DNA of 32,357 nucleotides, taken from IMG/VR virus record IMGVR_UViG_3300045988_039638. One strand, written 5' to 3'. The notes below the pieces were generated by a model. That model searched no databases. It saw only the letters and a list, made by a program, of their open reading frames with translations, and was not told where the DNA came from. Made by a program: the position numbers and the translations under genes. Each line of letters begins with the position of its first letter. The stretch's first letter is position 1. This stretch comes from a virus. This document shows, piece by piece, positions 5,329 to 14,919 of the stretch.

Positions 5329-5396
5329 ATAATGTAACCCATTCCTTCATCTCTTCTCTATTGCTCATTAGCATTCTTTCTCTTATCAAGTCCATA

Positions 5397-6114
5397 CTAT
5401 CTCAACCTCACAATCGCACTAGTGCCTAATATATTTACTTCACAAGTACCTGTATTCACATCATCGCTATTGCTCAATGTGCATCCTGTAAGTGTTAGAA
5501 CAGTAGGTGTAGAACCACTCGTAAATTCAAAACCACAAATAAAAATTTTTCCTGTTCCGACTGCTCCCAAAGTGATAGTTAGTGACTGCATTGTTGGGAA
5601 TACATGATACTCTTCGCTATTAATAGTCACATTGGTATCACTAGCAGTATGAGTTACTTTTTTAACTCCTAAATCGGTATTGTTGGCTTTCTTGTCAGTT
5701 CTGCCTTGATAATTTTATTCTGTACAGGGTTTACGCTAGTAGCGCTTAAAGCAGTATCTACAGTGATAGATGTACCTGTACCACCTGTTGGAATATCTAT
5801 GTTTCCTGTGTCTGTAATGGTTTGATTGTTGATGGTCTTAAACTGTGTTGGAACATTATCAATCTTATCACGCTGTGCCTTCGTCACTGTAACGTGGCTG
5901 TCATCTTCGGCCAATTGAGATAATCTAGTAGGTACTACAATATCAGCAATCATGCTATCAATTTCACTTTTTGTATAGAAGCCTTTTTCTGCTACTTTTG
6001 TAGCGATGTTATAGTTTTACATGAGTTATCATACATAATGCCTAAATTAAAATTAACAGGTAGCGTTACTGCTCTTGAATCAATATCAACATTAATGATG
6101 CTCTGAGTGTCCGT
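5397..6114 (-). pseudogene. Fibre-like gene broken into three frames, with ACG at the expected start position
   Basis: The RBS AAAAGGAGGTG is followed 5 nt later by ACG (6114..6112), not ATG.
- Frame A runs 6114..5992 (TDTQSIINVDIDSRAVTLPVNFNLGIMYDNSCKTITSLQK, then stop).
- Frame B is -1 relative to A and is open 6016..5669. It contains track ORF 5669..5953.
- Frame C is -1 again and is open 5714..5397. It contains track ORF 5397..5630.
- The B/C joint restores a fibre-like motif, SVNPVQNKIIKAEL-DKKANNTDLG. Confidence 0.6.
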
Positions 6115-6130
6115 TTAAGCACCTCCTTTT

Positions 6131-7042
6131 TTAAGCATACGAATAAATAAATGAGCCACAAACATATGCAGTACTTACGTTTGCACTGCCATGCATTGAT
6201 GTAAGCGTCCAATGGTTGGCCGTCACATCGTCTGTTTTTGGATAAAAACGTAAAGTAAGGTCTGTACTCTGAGTCTGTACAGGAATAAACAAATTGCTTT
6301 TTGGAACTTTATCATTAGGGAATCCATCCCACATGAAGCCCATAGAATTACCGATGATAGTGTTTGTAAGAGTGCCATCCCAATTTAACTCAACAAGTTT
6401 TGATGCTTCATTATATCTATACTTTAATGTGACACCACAACCGTTCTTTCCACAACTTTTCCATGCGCTCCATTTATTCAAGTTGTTAAAATTGTCAATC
6501 TGTGTTTTTAATTCATTAAGTTCATTTTCAAGACGTTCTTGTGCGCCTGCCGATGTTACATAGCCACAATACCACGAATCCCCTCTTGTATCTTTTACAT
6601 TTTCTTGAACCAATGCAGTTGTTCCTTTTGTTACTTTTACAACTGCTACAAACAATTGATATACTGAGTCCGTGCGAATTGGTCTAGGGTACTGTGAGTC
6701 ACTGCCACCCTTAACAACTTTTAAATAAAATTGACGGTCTGTTAAATTAAACTCGATAGCAATAGCATCATATCTATCAAAAGTACCGCTTGAACTGTCA
6801 ATAGTAAGTGTTACATTATCATTTACAGGATAGAACGCTCCATTTATACATGCGTTGCCAACTCCAACAGTTAATGTCATCGAATTGTTTGCAGTTACAT
6901 AAAAATCATTGGTATTAAATATTCCATTTGTGAAAAAACTTCTAAATAGTTTTCTAAAAGAAGCGCTCGACATTGTTCTATCGTGGTTTATAGAATCAAA
7001 TGGAAATCCTAAATTATCTGTTGCCATTTTATAAATTATCAC
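6131..7042 (-). CDS. Putative receptor-binding or tail-fibre protein
   Basis: Track ORF of 303 aa with a GTG start. ATG at 7027, 1 nt after the upstream TAA, is the more likely start. The function is assigned from its position after the Dit and Gp37-like genes. Confidence 0.6.
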   Translation of the reverse strand: MIIYKMATDNLGFPFDSINHDRTMSSASFRKLFRSFFTNGIFNTNDFYVTANNSMTLTVGVGNACINGAFYPVNDNVTLTIDSSSGTFDRYDAIAIEFNLTDRQFYLKVVKGGSDSQYPRPIRTDSVYQLFVAVVKVTKGTTALVQENVKDTRGDSWYCGYVTSAGAQERLENELNELKTQIDNFNNLNKWSAWKSCGKNGCGVTLKYRYNEASKLVELNWDGTLTNTIIGNSMGFMWDGFPNDKVPKSNLFIPVQTQSTDLTLRFYPKTDDVTANHWTLTSMHGSANVSTAYVCGSFIYSYA

Positions 7043-8078
7043 TCCAATCTATAGTCGATGGAAGCGGTGTTCCTAGCGTCGGAACTGCCACCATTCTGCC
7101 ATGTTCATATACTTCTTTGACGGAAGTAACTCTGTCATTGCTTGAGATATTCCAATATTCCAATTTATTCGTTATAATGTCGCCCACATCATAATCAATC
7201 GGATAATTATAAGTTCCCCCTGTTCGGTCTTCTTTTTCAAGTGATTGTACAAGGGCTTTTTCTTTTAGATTGCTTTCTCCTCTTTGCTTGAGCATATCGA
7301 GGTATTGTGAATCTGTCAACTTATCCTTTTCAATATCAGAACCGTTTATAAAGGTTTCTCGTCTGTCTAATCCTGTTAAATTGTTACCACCACAAATAAC
7401 AATCTGACGTGCCGAGCCTTCGCCTTGACCGCCAACGTAACATACATTGCAATAGTCTTGATTGCTTGCTGTGTACTCGGCTTTTGAAATATCGCCGTTA
7501 TGTTGTGAGAAGATGACTCGTGGTCTGTCTCTTTGGTTTTCTGACCTGTCAACACCTTTAAATGTTTCAAAAGTAAATGTTTTTGTATCAAAATTTGGAA
7601 CAAGCCTAAAACCTATATTAGACGACTGTGCCAACTTCTCAATATATGTAAGTGTGTTCTTATATGTTGCTTGAAATTGTATTTTATCATCAAACCCATT
7701 TAATGTTCCTAACTGCACTCTCGGAATATCTGCAAGCGTTACTAATTGACGCATTGCTTCTTCCACCTTACCATTGAAATTAAAAGTATTTTTGATTAAT
7801 CTTCTTGAGAAATAACTTTCAGCGAATCGACCCACTATCTTGACATTGCTCGTGCTTGCGCTCTGCTCTATTGTAATGCCTTCGATAATACCGCATTCCT
7901 TCTTCCCTTGAATCCATATGAGATTATCAAGTTTAATGAGTTTTAGTGTGTTGGTGTCAATAGGCATATGTATTTCAAAAGTACCGCACGAAGTATAATT
8001 TCTAATCCATTGGATAGAGTATGCATTTTCGATAATTCCCAACAAGTCCATATCGCTATTAAATATTCTTAACTGCAT
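7029..8078 (-). CDS. Siphovirus Gp37-like tail protein (Tal position)
   Basis: 349 aa. The N-terminus MQLRIFNSDMDLLGIIENAYSIQWIRNYTSCGTFEIHMP resembles the ReqiPepy6 Gp37-like family as I recall it. It follows Dit. Confidence 0.6.
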   Translation of the reverse strand: MQLRIFNSDMDLLGIIENAYSIQWIRNYTSCGTFEIHMPIDTNTLKLIKLDNLIWIQGKKECGIIEGITIEQSASTSNVKIVGRFAESYFSRRLIKNTFNFNGKVEEAMRQLVTLADIPRVQLGTLNGFDDKIQFQATYKNTLTYIEKLAQSSNIGFRLVPNFDTKTFTFETFKGVDRSENQRDRPRVIFSQHNGDISKAEYTASNQDYCNVCYVGGQGEGSARQIVICGGNNLTGLDRRETFINGSDIEKDKLTDSQYLDMLKQRGESNLKEKALVQSLEKEDRTGGTYNYPIDYDVGDIITNKLEYWNISSNDRVTSVKEVYEHGRMVAVPTLGTPLPSTIDWSDNL

Positions 8079-8081
8079 ATA

Positions 8082-8963
8082 TTAACCCCTCAAGTAGTTA
8101 TTCTTGAATGTGATAGAAACGATTAAATTATCTACACCGCTTTTAGCATTATAGGCTAGATGGTTTACTCCGTGCTTTAATCTCAAGAAAACAGAATCAG
8201 AGGTTAAATAGTGATTAATATTTGATTTATGACCGCTATTATCAATCAAAAATACAGTGCAGTTATTGACATCTGTTGTAATCTCAATTTTTTGTTCTGC
8301 TTCCAATGTGAAATCTTTTATGCCATTTACTCCTACCGTTAGTGCTTCTCCTGTCTCCTCAAGCGCTATGGAAGGGTTTGTTACTACACCGTTAGCGACC
8401 ATTTCAATTGTCATTGATGTATCAGCACCATTTTCATTTAGAATCTCTAGCGTCTGAGTCTTCACAATTCTTGATATTTCTTCGTCTTTAAATTCATGCT
8501 CAAATTCAAACAATGAATCAATATAAGCCACGTCTAACTCGTTATCATCGATATCATGGAAGTGTGGGTCGGCACATAACAATGATATTTGAGTGGTTCT
8601 CTTTTGGAACGTTCCATCCGTTCCTGTTAGTTTTTCGACCGTATAGGCTATTTTTCTTTTATGAATTCCATCATCATAAACTAACACACCATCACACGAA
8701 AAGACATTGTCAAGCAACTCTCGGTTTCTAGCAAACTGGTCTATATCAATGACAGTGATTACAATATTTCTAGCCTTTAACTGTGAGCCAATGACTGTTG
8801 AGCCGTCAACGTTTCCGTTATCTTGAGTAGTGACATTATACTCATAGTTATATATACCGTCACAGTCTGCAAGCAAAAAAGGGGAAATAGATGTTTCCCC
8901 AAAGTTTATTGTATAGCCTAACTCGTTAGTACAAGTTATCGTTCTAATTTCTCTTTGTTTCAA
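8082..8963 (-). CDS. Distal tail protein (Dit, siphovirus tail component)
   Basis: 293 aa, immediately downstream of the tape measure gene. Confidence 0.65.
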   Translation of the reverse strand: MKQREIRTITCTNELGYTINFGETSISPFLLADCDGIYNYEYNVTTQDNGNVDGSTVIGSQLKARNIVITVIDIDQFARNRELLDNVFSCDGVLVYDDGIHKRKIAYTVEKLTGTDGTFQKRTTQISLLCADPHFHDIDDNELDVAYIDSLFEFEHEFKDEEISRIVKTQTLEILNENGADTSMTIEMVANGVVTNPSIALEETGEALTVGVNGIKDFTLEAEQKIEITTDVNNCTVFLIDNSGHKSNINHYLTSDSVFLRLKHGVNHLAYNAKSGVDNLIVSITFKNNYLRG

Positions 8964-8966
8964 CTA

Positions 8967-10946
8967 CTATACCCCCTTTAGTTTAAGTATTAGTTCTCTG
9001 TTTGCGTTCCTTGTCTGTCTTGATACTTCGCTAGGGTCTAACTGCTTAGGACTTTGTATATTCAATGTCTGATATACGTTGCCGTTATTTGCCATATTTT
9101 GACCATATGAGCCACGTTTTAAGATTGTTATGTCTTCATTATCCATCTGCGTTTTAACTATCTGTATTGCCCCAAAACCCACAGGAACGCTCTTGATAGG
9201 ATTGAATCCGTTTATAACTTCATCATTGAACTCATTAATATCTTTTTTAACATTCGAAAGTGAATCTATGATACCTAATCCGATGCCTTGACCAATATAA
9301 ATACCGACCGTGTCACGCATTATTTTTGATGGAGAGTGAATACCGAATGCACTTTTAAACTTATTTACAACACCTTTTGCAAAACCTCCAACTTTTTTAA
9401 CAAGCCATCCAGCCATGCTCGAAATACCATTCCAAATACCTTTTACAATATTAGAACCGATAGAAAGCATTTTTGAAGGTAGTGTTCTGATTGCAGTTTC
9501 GATAGCACTCGCAACCTTTAACATTGCAGTCCTACCAAGATGTCCTAAGCCGCTGATAGTTCCACTTAGACTGTACATTGCCGAGCGTCCTATGTTCATG
9601 AGTGCAGAAGGTAGGTTTGTAATACCACCTTTAATTGAAGTTAGGATTCCCTTGCCTACTGTTTTCAATGCTCCGAACATTGATTTAATGCCATTCCCAA
9701 TGAACTTTATTGCATTAGAGCCTAACTGTAACCAGTTAAACGCTGACCAAACATTGACAATAGCCATGATAATTTTTGGAATATTGGCAATTAATGTAGG
9801 AATTGCTTGTATTAATCCAAGCGCTAATTTGCCAATTAGTTTTACACCGCAAATTAGAACAGTTGGAGCGTTGTCATTTATGATATTTGCAAATGTACTG
9901 ATGATCGTAGGAATCTTTGCAATCATGACAGGAATTGCAGATACAATGCCATCTGCCAACTTGTTCAACAAATCAAAACCTGTCTTGATGAAATGTGGCG
10001 CTTGTGAAGCAATGCTGCTTGCGAATTTTTGAACTGCATCAAGGATTCCTGGCATGTTATTAAATGCGCTTGTTAGAACTGTAATTGCTGACTTTGCAAT
10101 ATTTCCGAGCATTGGAATAAGGTTGTTGCCAACAAACACACCTAAAGAACTAATCAGATTTTTAAAGGTCTGCGTAACATTCTGACCTGTTGACATACTA
10201 CCTAAAAAATCACTCCAAGAAGCCTTTAACATTCCAAAAGAACCGCTAAAAGTTTTAGTTGCTTCTTCTTGTGTTGTATTAGTTACTTTTAAATTTTCTT
10301 GAATAGCGTGGATTGCACTATAGACATCACTTAAGTTATTAATATCATAGTGAACACCTGTTAGTTTCTGAGCGTCTGAAAGCAGTCTCTGCATTTCTGT
10401 TTTTGTGCCACCATAGCCTAATTTTAGATTGTCAAGCATTGTGTAGTTCTGTTTTGCGAAACCTTGATAAGCATTCTGTATGTCACTTATATTTGTTCCA
10501 AACTTATTAGAGTTATCTGACATATCTCTAATAGCAGTATTAGCAATCTCAACGGCTTTCGCTGTATCTCCACTACAAGAACGGACTAAAGCACTAGCGA
10601 ATGAGGTTGCTTGCTCCATGTATTCGTTAGCACTAACACCACTATCTCTAAAAGCCGTACTTGCGTATTTCTTGAGTCTGTCGGCACTCTTGCCAAATAG
10701 TGTTTCAACACCTCCGATAGACTGTTGCAGTTTTCCGCCTTCGGTTAGAGACTGTCCAACAATCTTTCCAAGTGTTCCTGTTGCTAAAACTTTTGTAAGT
10801 GTTTTTATTACTCCTCCACCAAGTAAAGAGCCTCCGCGTATGCCACCGTCACTCATTGGCTTTTCGATTACATCTTTAATAGAAGACGTAATACCTTTTG
10901 CAGAAGGCACAATTTGTATATACGCTTTTCCGAGGTCTGTTGCCAT
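8967..10946 (-). CDS. Tail tape measure protein
   Basis: 659 aa and the largest gene. It has a G/A/I/L-rich hydrophobic central region and lies directly after the G/GT chaperone pair. Confidence 0.85.
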   Translation of the reverse strand: MATDLGKAYIQIVPSAKGITSSIKDVIEKPMSDGGIRGGSLLGGGVIKTLTKVLATGTLGKIVGQSLTEGGKLQQSIGGVETLFGKSADRLKKYASTAFRDSGVSANEYMEQATSFASALVRSCSGDTAKAVEIANTAIRDMSDNSNKFGTNISDIQNAYQGFAKQNYTMLDNLKLGYGGTKTEMQRLLSDAQKLTGVHYDINNLSDVYSAIHAIQENLKVTNTTQEEATKTFSGSFGMLKASWSDFLGSMSTGQNVTQTFKNLISSLGVFVGNNLIPMLGNIAKSAITVLTSAFNNMPGILDAVQKFASSIASQAPHFIKTGFDLLNKLADGIVSAIPVMIAKIPTIISTFANIINDNAPTVLICGVKLIGKLALGLIQAIPTLIANIPKIIMAIVNVWSAFNWLQLGSNAIKFIGNGIKSMFGALKTVGKGILTSIKGGITNLPSALMNIGRSAMYSLSGTISGLGHLGRTAMLKVASAIETAIRTLPSKMLSIGSNIVKGIWNGISSMAGWLVKKVGGFAKGVVNKFKSAFGIHSPSKIMRDTVGIYIGQGIGLGIIDSLSNVKKDINEFNDEVINGFNPIKSVPVGFGAIQIVKTQMDNEDITILKRGSYGQNMANNGNVYQTLNIQSPKQLDPSEVSRQTRNANRELILKLKGV

Positions 10947-11321
10947 TTATAATCCCTCCTTTCTAAGAAGTTGACTTCTAGCATCGTTAAATTCCTCAAC
11001 ACTATTGAAGCCGTCCTTCTCGCTTTTGTCTACATTATCATCTAGCAATTGTGAAAGGATTGATATTGGTTTATTTCTTCCATGTTCAGCGTCCTCTGTC
11101 TTAGCCCACCATAACTTTGCCAAGTAGTCGCAAGAAATAGCGCTTAGCATTGTCTCTGTTGTGGTCTTCATACCGTTAATTTTTAACTTAAAACGGCTAT
11201 TCTCTTGTAATCCATCAACTAATATATAGATGTATGATGGTCTATAAGCGTGATAGTCGTATATATTATAGTACTGCGCTAAATCACATATAATTTCTTT
11301 TTTGTATGCTCTCAGCCACAT
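10947..11321 (-). CDS. Tail assembly chaperone, T part (expressed as a G-T fusion by -1 frameshift)
   Basis: 124-aa ORF in the -1 frame relative to 11333..11608. Its frame is open through the slip site. Confidence 0.7.
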   Translation of the reverse strand: MWLRAYKKEIICDLAQYYNIYDYHAYRPSYIYILVDGLQENSRFKLKINGMKTTTETMLSAISCDYLAKLWWAKTEDAEHGRNKPISILSQLLDDNVDKSEKDGFNSVEEFNDARSQLLRKEGL

Positions 11322-11332
11322 AGAGAGCGCTA

Positions 11333-11608
11333 CTAGTTTTTTGGCTCTGTATCTCCTACATTTGTAGACATTATATCATTCATTTCATGTCCGATTCTCT
11401 TTGCTGAGATAGTGCCGTCCTTCTTTCTGCAGTGTTCCTTTAAACGGTTGTATCCGTCTTCGCCAATCAGTCTAGTAAGTAACTTTCTTACTCCAAGTCC
11501 TGTCTCTTTGATATCCTCATACATTTCTAGCACTTCATAATCATCAATTAATTCAGTGCCTAATTCAAATTCAAACCCTGTCTTCGTCTTTCCTTTTACA
11601 ACTGCCAT
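11333..11608 (-). CDS. Tail assembly chaperone, G part
   Basis: 91 aa and acidic, located between the major tail protein and the tape measure. It ends at the slippery heptamer. Confidence 0.75.
   Translation of the reverse strand: MAVVKGKTKTGFEFELGTELIDDYEVLEMYEDIKETGLGVRKLLTRLIGEDGYNRLKEHCRKKDGTISAKRIGHEMNDIMSTNVGDTEPKN
11336..11342 (-). other. Programmed -1 ribosomal frameshift heptamer A_AAA_AAC
   Basis: The minus strand reads CCA AAA AAC TAG at the end of the G chaperone. The -1 frame continues as AAA AAA CTA GTA ... into ORF 10947..11321. Confidence 0.75.
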
Positions 11609-11619
11609 TTTTTAATACC

Positions 11620-12201
11620 CTACTTTCCTAATTTTTTTATGTACTCTTTATGGTATGAACCATCGTCGTATCCTTCTTCACATGAGTATTCAACTTCATA
11701 TTCAATTGTCTTGTTATCAACATAAGTTACATCTGAAGTCTTTGTAACCTTACAACGAGGGATTACAGTTCTTTTTAATACAGTGCCTTTGTTTAAAAGC
11801 ATGTCAATAACAATCATCTTATAATCTTGATTGTTAGGTGCTACATCAACAGTAATTCCTGTTTCAAGTGTTCCTTTTACTGCACCTTCTCCATGATATT
11901 CCTTAAGTACTTCTTCGTTTAGTGCTTCAATATATTTTAATTTAAAACCATCCTCAAAGTCTCCGTCTAAATGCTTTACTACAACACCGCCCCACGCTTT
12001 TACAGGTTCAGAACTTTCAGACTTAGAAAATGTGATTCCGTCTTCTGAAATATAACCGCAACACTTAAATACTTCTGTTAGTTCTGTGTCTGCGTTTGTT
12101 GGAGGTACGGTATCCTTTGGTGCTTTAAAGACAGAACCTGTTATTTTAGGTTTTGCCTCAGAAACGTTCTCTTTATTATTTTTGTTTACGTCTGCTGACA
12201 T
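11620..12201 (-). CDS. Major tail protein
   Basis: 193 aa with a strong RBS, positioned upstream of the chaperone pair. Confidence 0.7.
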   Translation of the reverse strand: MSADVNKNNKENVSEAKPKITGSVFKAPKDTVPPTNADTELTEVFKCCGYISEDGITFSKSESSEPVKAWGGVVVKHLDGDFEDGFKLKYIEALNEEVLKEYHGEGAVKGTLETGITVDVAPNNQDYKMIVIDMLLNKGTVLKRTVIPRCKVTKTSDVTYVDNKTIEYEVEYSCEEGYDDGSYHKEYIKKLGK

Positions 12202-12219
12202 ATTTTAAAACCTCCTTTT

Positions 12220-12564
12220 TTAATATACCAAGTCATAAACCGCTTGATATCTATATTTTTTGGTAGTGGTATCAGTATAGTTATAATCGCTGTTTAGTTT
12301 GCTACATGAAATCTCGGGCTTTTTGATAATATCGTCCATAGCGTCTTTTACACGCTCATTCAGTTTAGCACTATCTAATAATGTAGTGCCATAACTTTTT
12401 AGTGCTATCGTCGCATGCCTTGTAAAGTTTTCTACATATGAGCCCAGTTTTTCGATAACTACATATGAGCCTTTTTCTGCGTCTTCTTCCTGCCCGTAAA
12501 CATTAACCCCTAATTCCTTTGATAAATATTCAATCAGATATACTTCAATAATATTAGTGTCCAT
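12220..12564 (-). CDS. Tail completion or tail terminator protein (by position)
   Basis: 114-aa track ORF between the neck genes and the major tail protein. Confidence 0.5.
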   Translation of the reverse strand: MDTNIIEVYLIEYLSKELGVNVYGQEEDAEKGSYVVIEKLGSYVENFTRHATIALKSYGTTLLDSAKLNERVKDAMDDIIKKPEISCSKLNSDYNYTDTTTKKYRYQAVYDLVY

Positions 12565-12570
12565 GGTTTT

Positions 12571-12831
12571 TTAACCTCTTCTAGTATTAGCCATTGCTTT
12601 TAATAATGTATTATTTCTTAAGTTGTCATAATAAGTCTCTGTGCTTGCACATGATACCTCAGCGTTAGCACGTGTTCGTCCTGTCATGCTGTCAACCTTA
12701 TATTCTCCGTTTGCGCTCTCTGCGATGTGTTGTGCAGTTTCATCAAGAATGGCCTTCATCTCTGCACTCTTCATAATCTGCTTTACTCCATCTCTATTCA
12801 GTTCAAATTTGTAGTTACTCATAGCGCTCAA
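12571..12831 (-). CDS. Neck or head-tail joining protein (by position)
   Basis: 86-aa track ORF that overlaps the upstream gene by 17 nt. Confidence 0.45.
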   Translation of the reverse strand: MSAMSNYKFELNRDGVKQIMKSAEMKAILDETAQHIAESANGEYKVDSMTGRTRANAEVSCASTETYYDNLRNNTLLKAMANTRRG

Positions 12832-13153
12832 CCGTTACTTTCTTATTCCAATCAAGTGGAATATTTTTTTCTATGCCTTCAATAGGTAGTCCGACAGTAT
12901 GCCATCTCGCTCCAAAAAATTCAACGTCTACATTATCCCAATTGTGATTGTCTGTCTTTGGAATTGCTAGTTGATACGTTGCTTTTCTTTTATCCGTCTT
13001 TGTAGATGATGGAATATCAGAAACATTTAAAGGTGCAACTAATACATTATTTACTTGAATAGGTTGTATATCATAAGTGCTATGATTGAATCCATCTTTT
13101 CCTGTTTTTACTTTCTCAAGCAATGTTATTGTAATACCTTTGATTATTGCCAT
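12815..13153 (-). CDS. Head closure or head-tail adaptor protein (by position)
   Basis: 112-aa track ORF that overlaps its neighbours in operon style. Confidence 0.5.
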   Translation of the reverse strand: MAIIKGITITLLEKVKTGKDGFNHSTYDIQPIQVNNVLVAPLNVSDIPSSTKTDKRKATYQLAIPKTDNHNWDNVDVEFFGARWHTVGLPIEGIEKNIPLDWNKKVTVERYE

Positions 13154-13545
13154 AAGTCGATGAAAAATCCTTGAGCCTTTTTGGCAATTCCTAATCGCTT
13201 TAATTCGTTGTTCAAGAAGTAAATATCATCACCGGGGTTTAGGTACGTACCGCTAACAGTGTACCCCATAGCACTTTGAGAAAACTGTTCTAATGGTGCT
13301 TCCGTGACTTCGCTTGTATGCATAGCCCTTTTTACGCTTGCTAATACTACCATTTTAGCAACGTACTTTTTAGCCTCATCTTTCAATATGATAATGTCTA
13401 GATTATAACCCCTATTAGAAGCCTCCACTCTTAAAAGAGAGGAAGCATACATCAATAGGGTTTCAACACGCTTTTTGTCTGTATCTGAAAGATGAACGCT
13501 ATATACTTCTTCGTATTCCTCAATTGTCGCTAAAACATTGTTCAT
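13144..13545 (-). CDS. Head-tail connector (gp6/gp15-like) protein
   Basis: 133 aa, directly after the major capsid gene. Confidence 0.55.
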   Translation of the reverse strand: MNNVLATIEEYEEVYSVHLSDTDKKRVETLLMYASSLLRVEASNRGYNLDIIILKDEAKKYVAKMVVLASVKRAMHTSEVTEAPLEQFSQSAMGYTVSGTYLNPGDDIYFLNNELKRLGIAKKAQGFFIDLWQ

Positions 13546-13559
13546 CTTTTAGTTGCTCC

Positions 13560-14381
13560 TTATGCAGTATGTGTTTTAACTAATACTGTTGTTGGTCTTG
13601 AAATCATATAGCCGTAAACATCACGACCCTGGATTGCGCTTGCTCCGATGTGTTCTCCGTCGGCTAAATCGTTAATACCGATTTTTACTGCCCAATCGTC
13701 TACATAGTGGCAGAAGATTCTATTGCCTAAGATGAAATCTACCTTGTCATTTGTCATGTTGTCATATTCGTATACTGTAATACCGCCAATCTTGCCAACT
13801 GCGCCTGTCTGAAGTACTTCATCGCCTAAAGAAGAAGCCTTGATGAATTCTGGTGACTTTAAGAGTAAAGCATATGTATCTGGTGATACTGCAAGCCATA
13901 ATTCAGATGTCTGTAAGTGCGCTTTTCTAGCCTGTGTTCTTGCGTCGATGATTGACTCATAAATTGTTGCTTTTGTTAATGCTTTGGTATCTGAAATGGC
14001 TGTTCCTGTCTTGATTAACTCGTTGCATAAGTCCGTATCAGCCTGTAATGCCATTGAATAGCCTGCAGAATCAAGTCTTTCTGCTACTAATTTATCTGGT
14101 ACGGCTTCTGCAACATATCCATCCACTAGTTCATTGACTGCGTTGTCGTGGTCGATAACAAGTGTCTTATAAGTAGTTGTTGAATTAGTTAATGGAGTAC
14201 CGTTTACTTTATCATAAGCCTTTACTGCTACTTCAGTATCACGAACAGGGATTTTGACTGCTCCACTAGTTGGTGTACCTTCATAATTTCTATTGAATAA
14301 GTTAATAAATAATGATGTTTTTCTCTGCTTAGCAAGCACTAAACCTGAGTATCTTTCCTGTAGTTCTGTATTCTGTGCCAT
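13560..14381 (-). CDS. Major capsid protein
   Basis: 273 aa with a strong RBS (GGGGGGC...). It follows the scaffold gene, and its composition is typical of HK97-fold capsid proteins. Confidence 0.75.
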   Translation of the reverse strand: MAQNTELQERYSGLVLAKQRKTSLFINLFNRNYEGTPTSGAVKIPVRDTEVAVKAYDKVNGTPLTNSTTTYKTLVIDHDNAVNELVDGYVAEAVPDKLVAERLDSAGYSMALQADTDLCNELIKTGTAISDTKALTKATIYESIIDARTQARKAHLQTSELWLAVSPDTYALLLKSPEFIKASSLGDEVLQTGAVGKIGGITVYEYDNMTNDKVDFILGNRIFCHYVDDWAVKIGINDLADGEHIGASAIQGRDVYGYMISRPTTVLVKTHTA

Positions 14382-14402
14382 ATAGTTATAGCCCCCCTAT
14401 TT

Positions 14403-14876
14403 TTAAATTTTTAAATTTGGATTTAATTCCATGAAACGCTTTTCTACTGCACTCATTGTAGCACCTTGTTTGTTGCTTGCTTGTGGCGCACTAGGTGTTC
14501 CCTCTGGTTCTTTTTCTTTTGGAGGTACATTAGAAGTAAACATGCTAGAAAGCGTTTTTGCGCTCTCTGTTAGTTCTTCTTCTGTTTCTCCTTTTAAATA
14601 GTCCGTTACACCAATAGGCAAGCCGTTAGCAAGTGCTACTTTCGTTTTTAGCGTTCCGACCTCATAACCTTTAACCTTGTTCATAAGGTCTTCTTTTTCT
14701 TTTTCTAAAGCACTGTACTTTTCGTTTTCTGCTTTTGTGTTCGCTTCGTATGTGTCCTTTAGTTTCTGCACATCTCCAGCGCTCATATATCCATTATATT
14801 TTGCTCTTTCTCTTTCTAATCTTTCTTTAATGATTGAATCAAGTTCTTCTTGTGTTTCAATAGTTTTAAAAGCCAT
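14403..14876 (-). CDS. Capsid scaffolding protein (DUF4355-like)
   Basis: The start is reassigned to ATG 14876, preceded by GTAGGAGGA. The track start at 14993 lies inside TerL. The sequence MAFKTIETQEELDSIIKERLERERAKY... is charged and helical. Confidence 0.75.
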   Translation of the reverse strand: MAFKTIETQEELDSIIKERLERERAKYNGYMSAGDVQKLKDTYEANTKAENEKYSALEKEKEDLMNKVKGYEVGTLKTKVALANGLPIGVTDYLKGETEEELTESAKTLSSMFTSNVPPKEKEPEGTPSAPQASNKQGATMSAVEKRFMELNPNLKI

Positions 14877-14919
14877 AAATTTAAATCCTCCTACTTTTAA
14901 CCGTGTTAGTTCACGTAAA

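Noticed and set aside
9415-10974. Long antisense ORFs inside the tape measure gene (9415..10032 and 10480..10974), and similar plus-strand ORFs inside TerL, portal, Dit, MTase and others.
   Set aside because: They lie opposite confidently assigned genes, lack RBSs, and have low-complexity composition typical of shadow ORFs.
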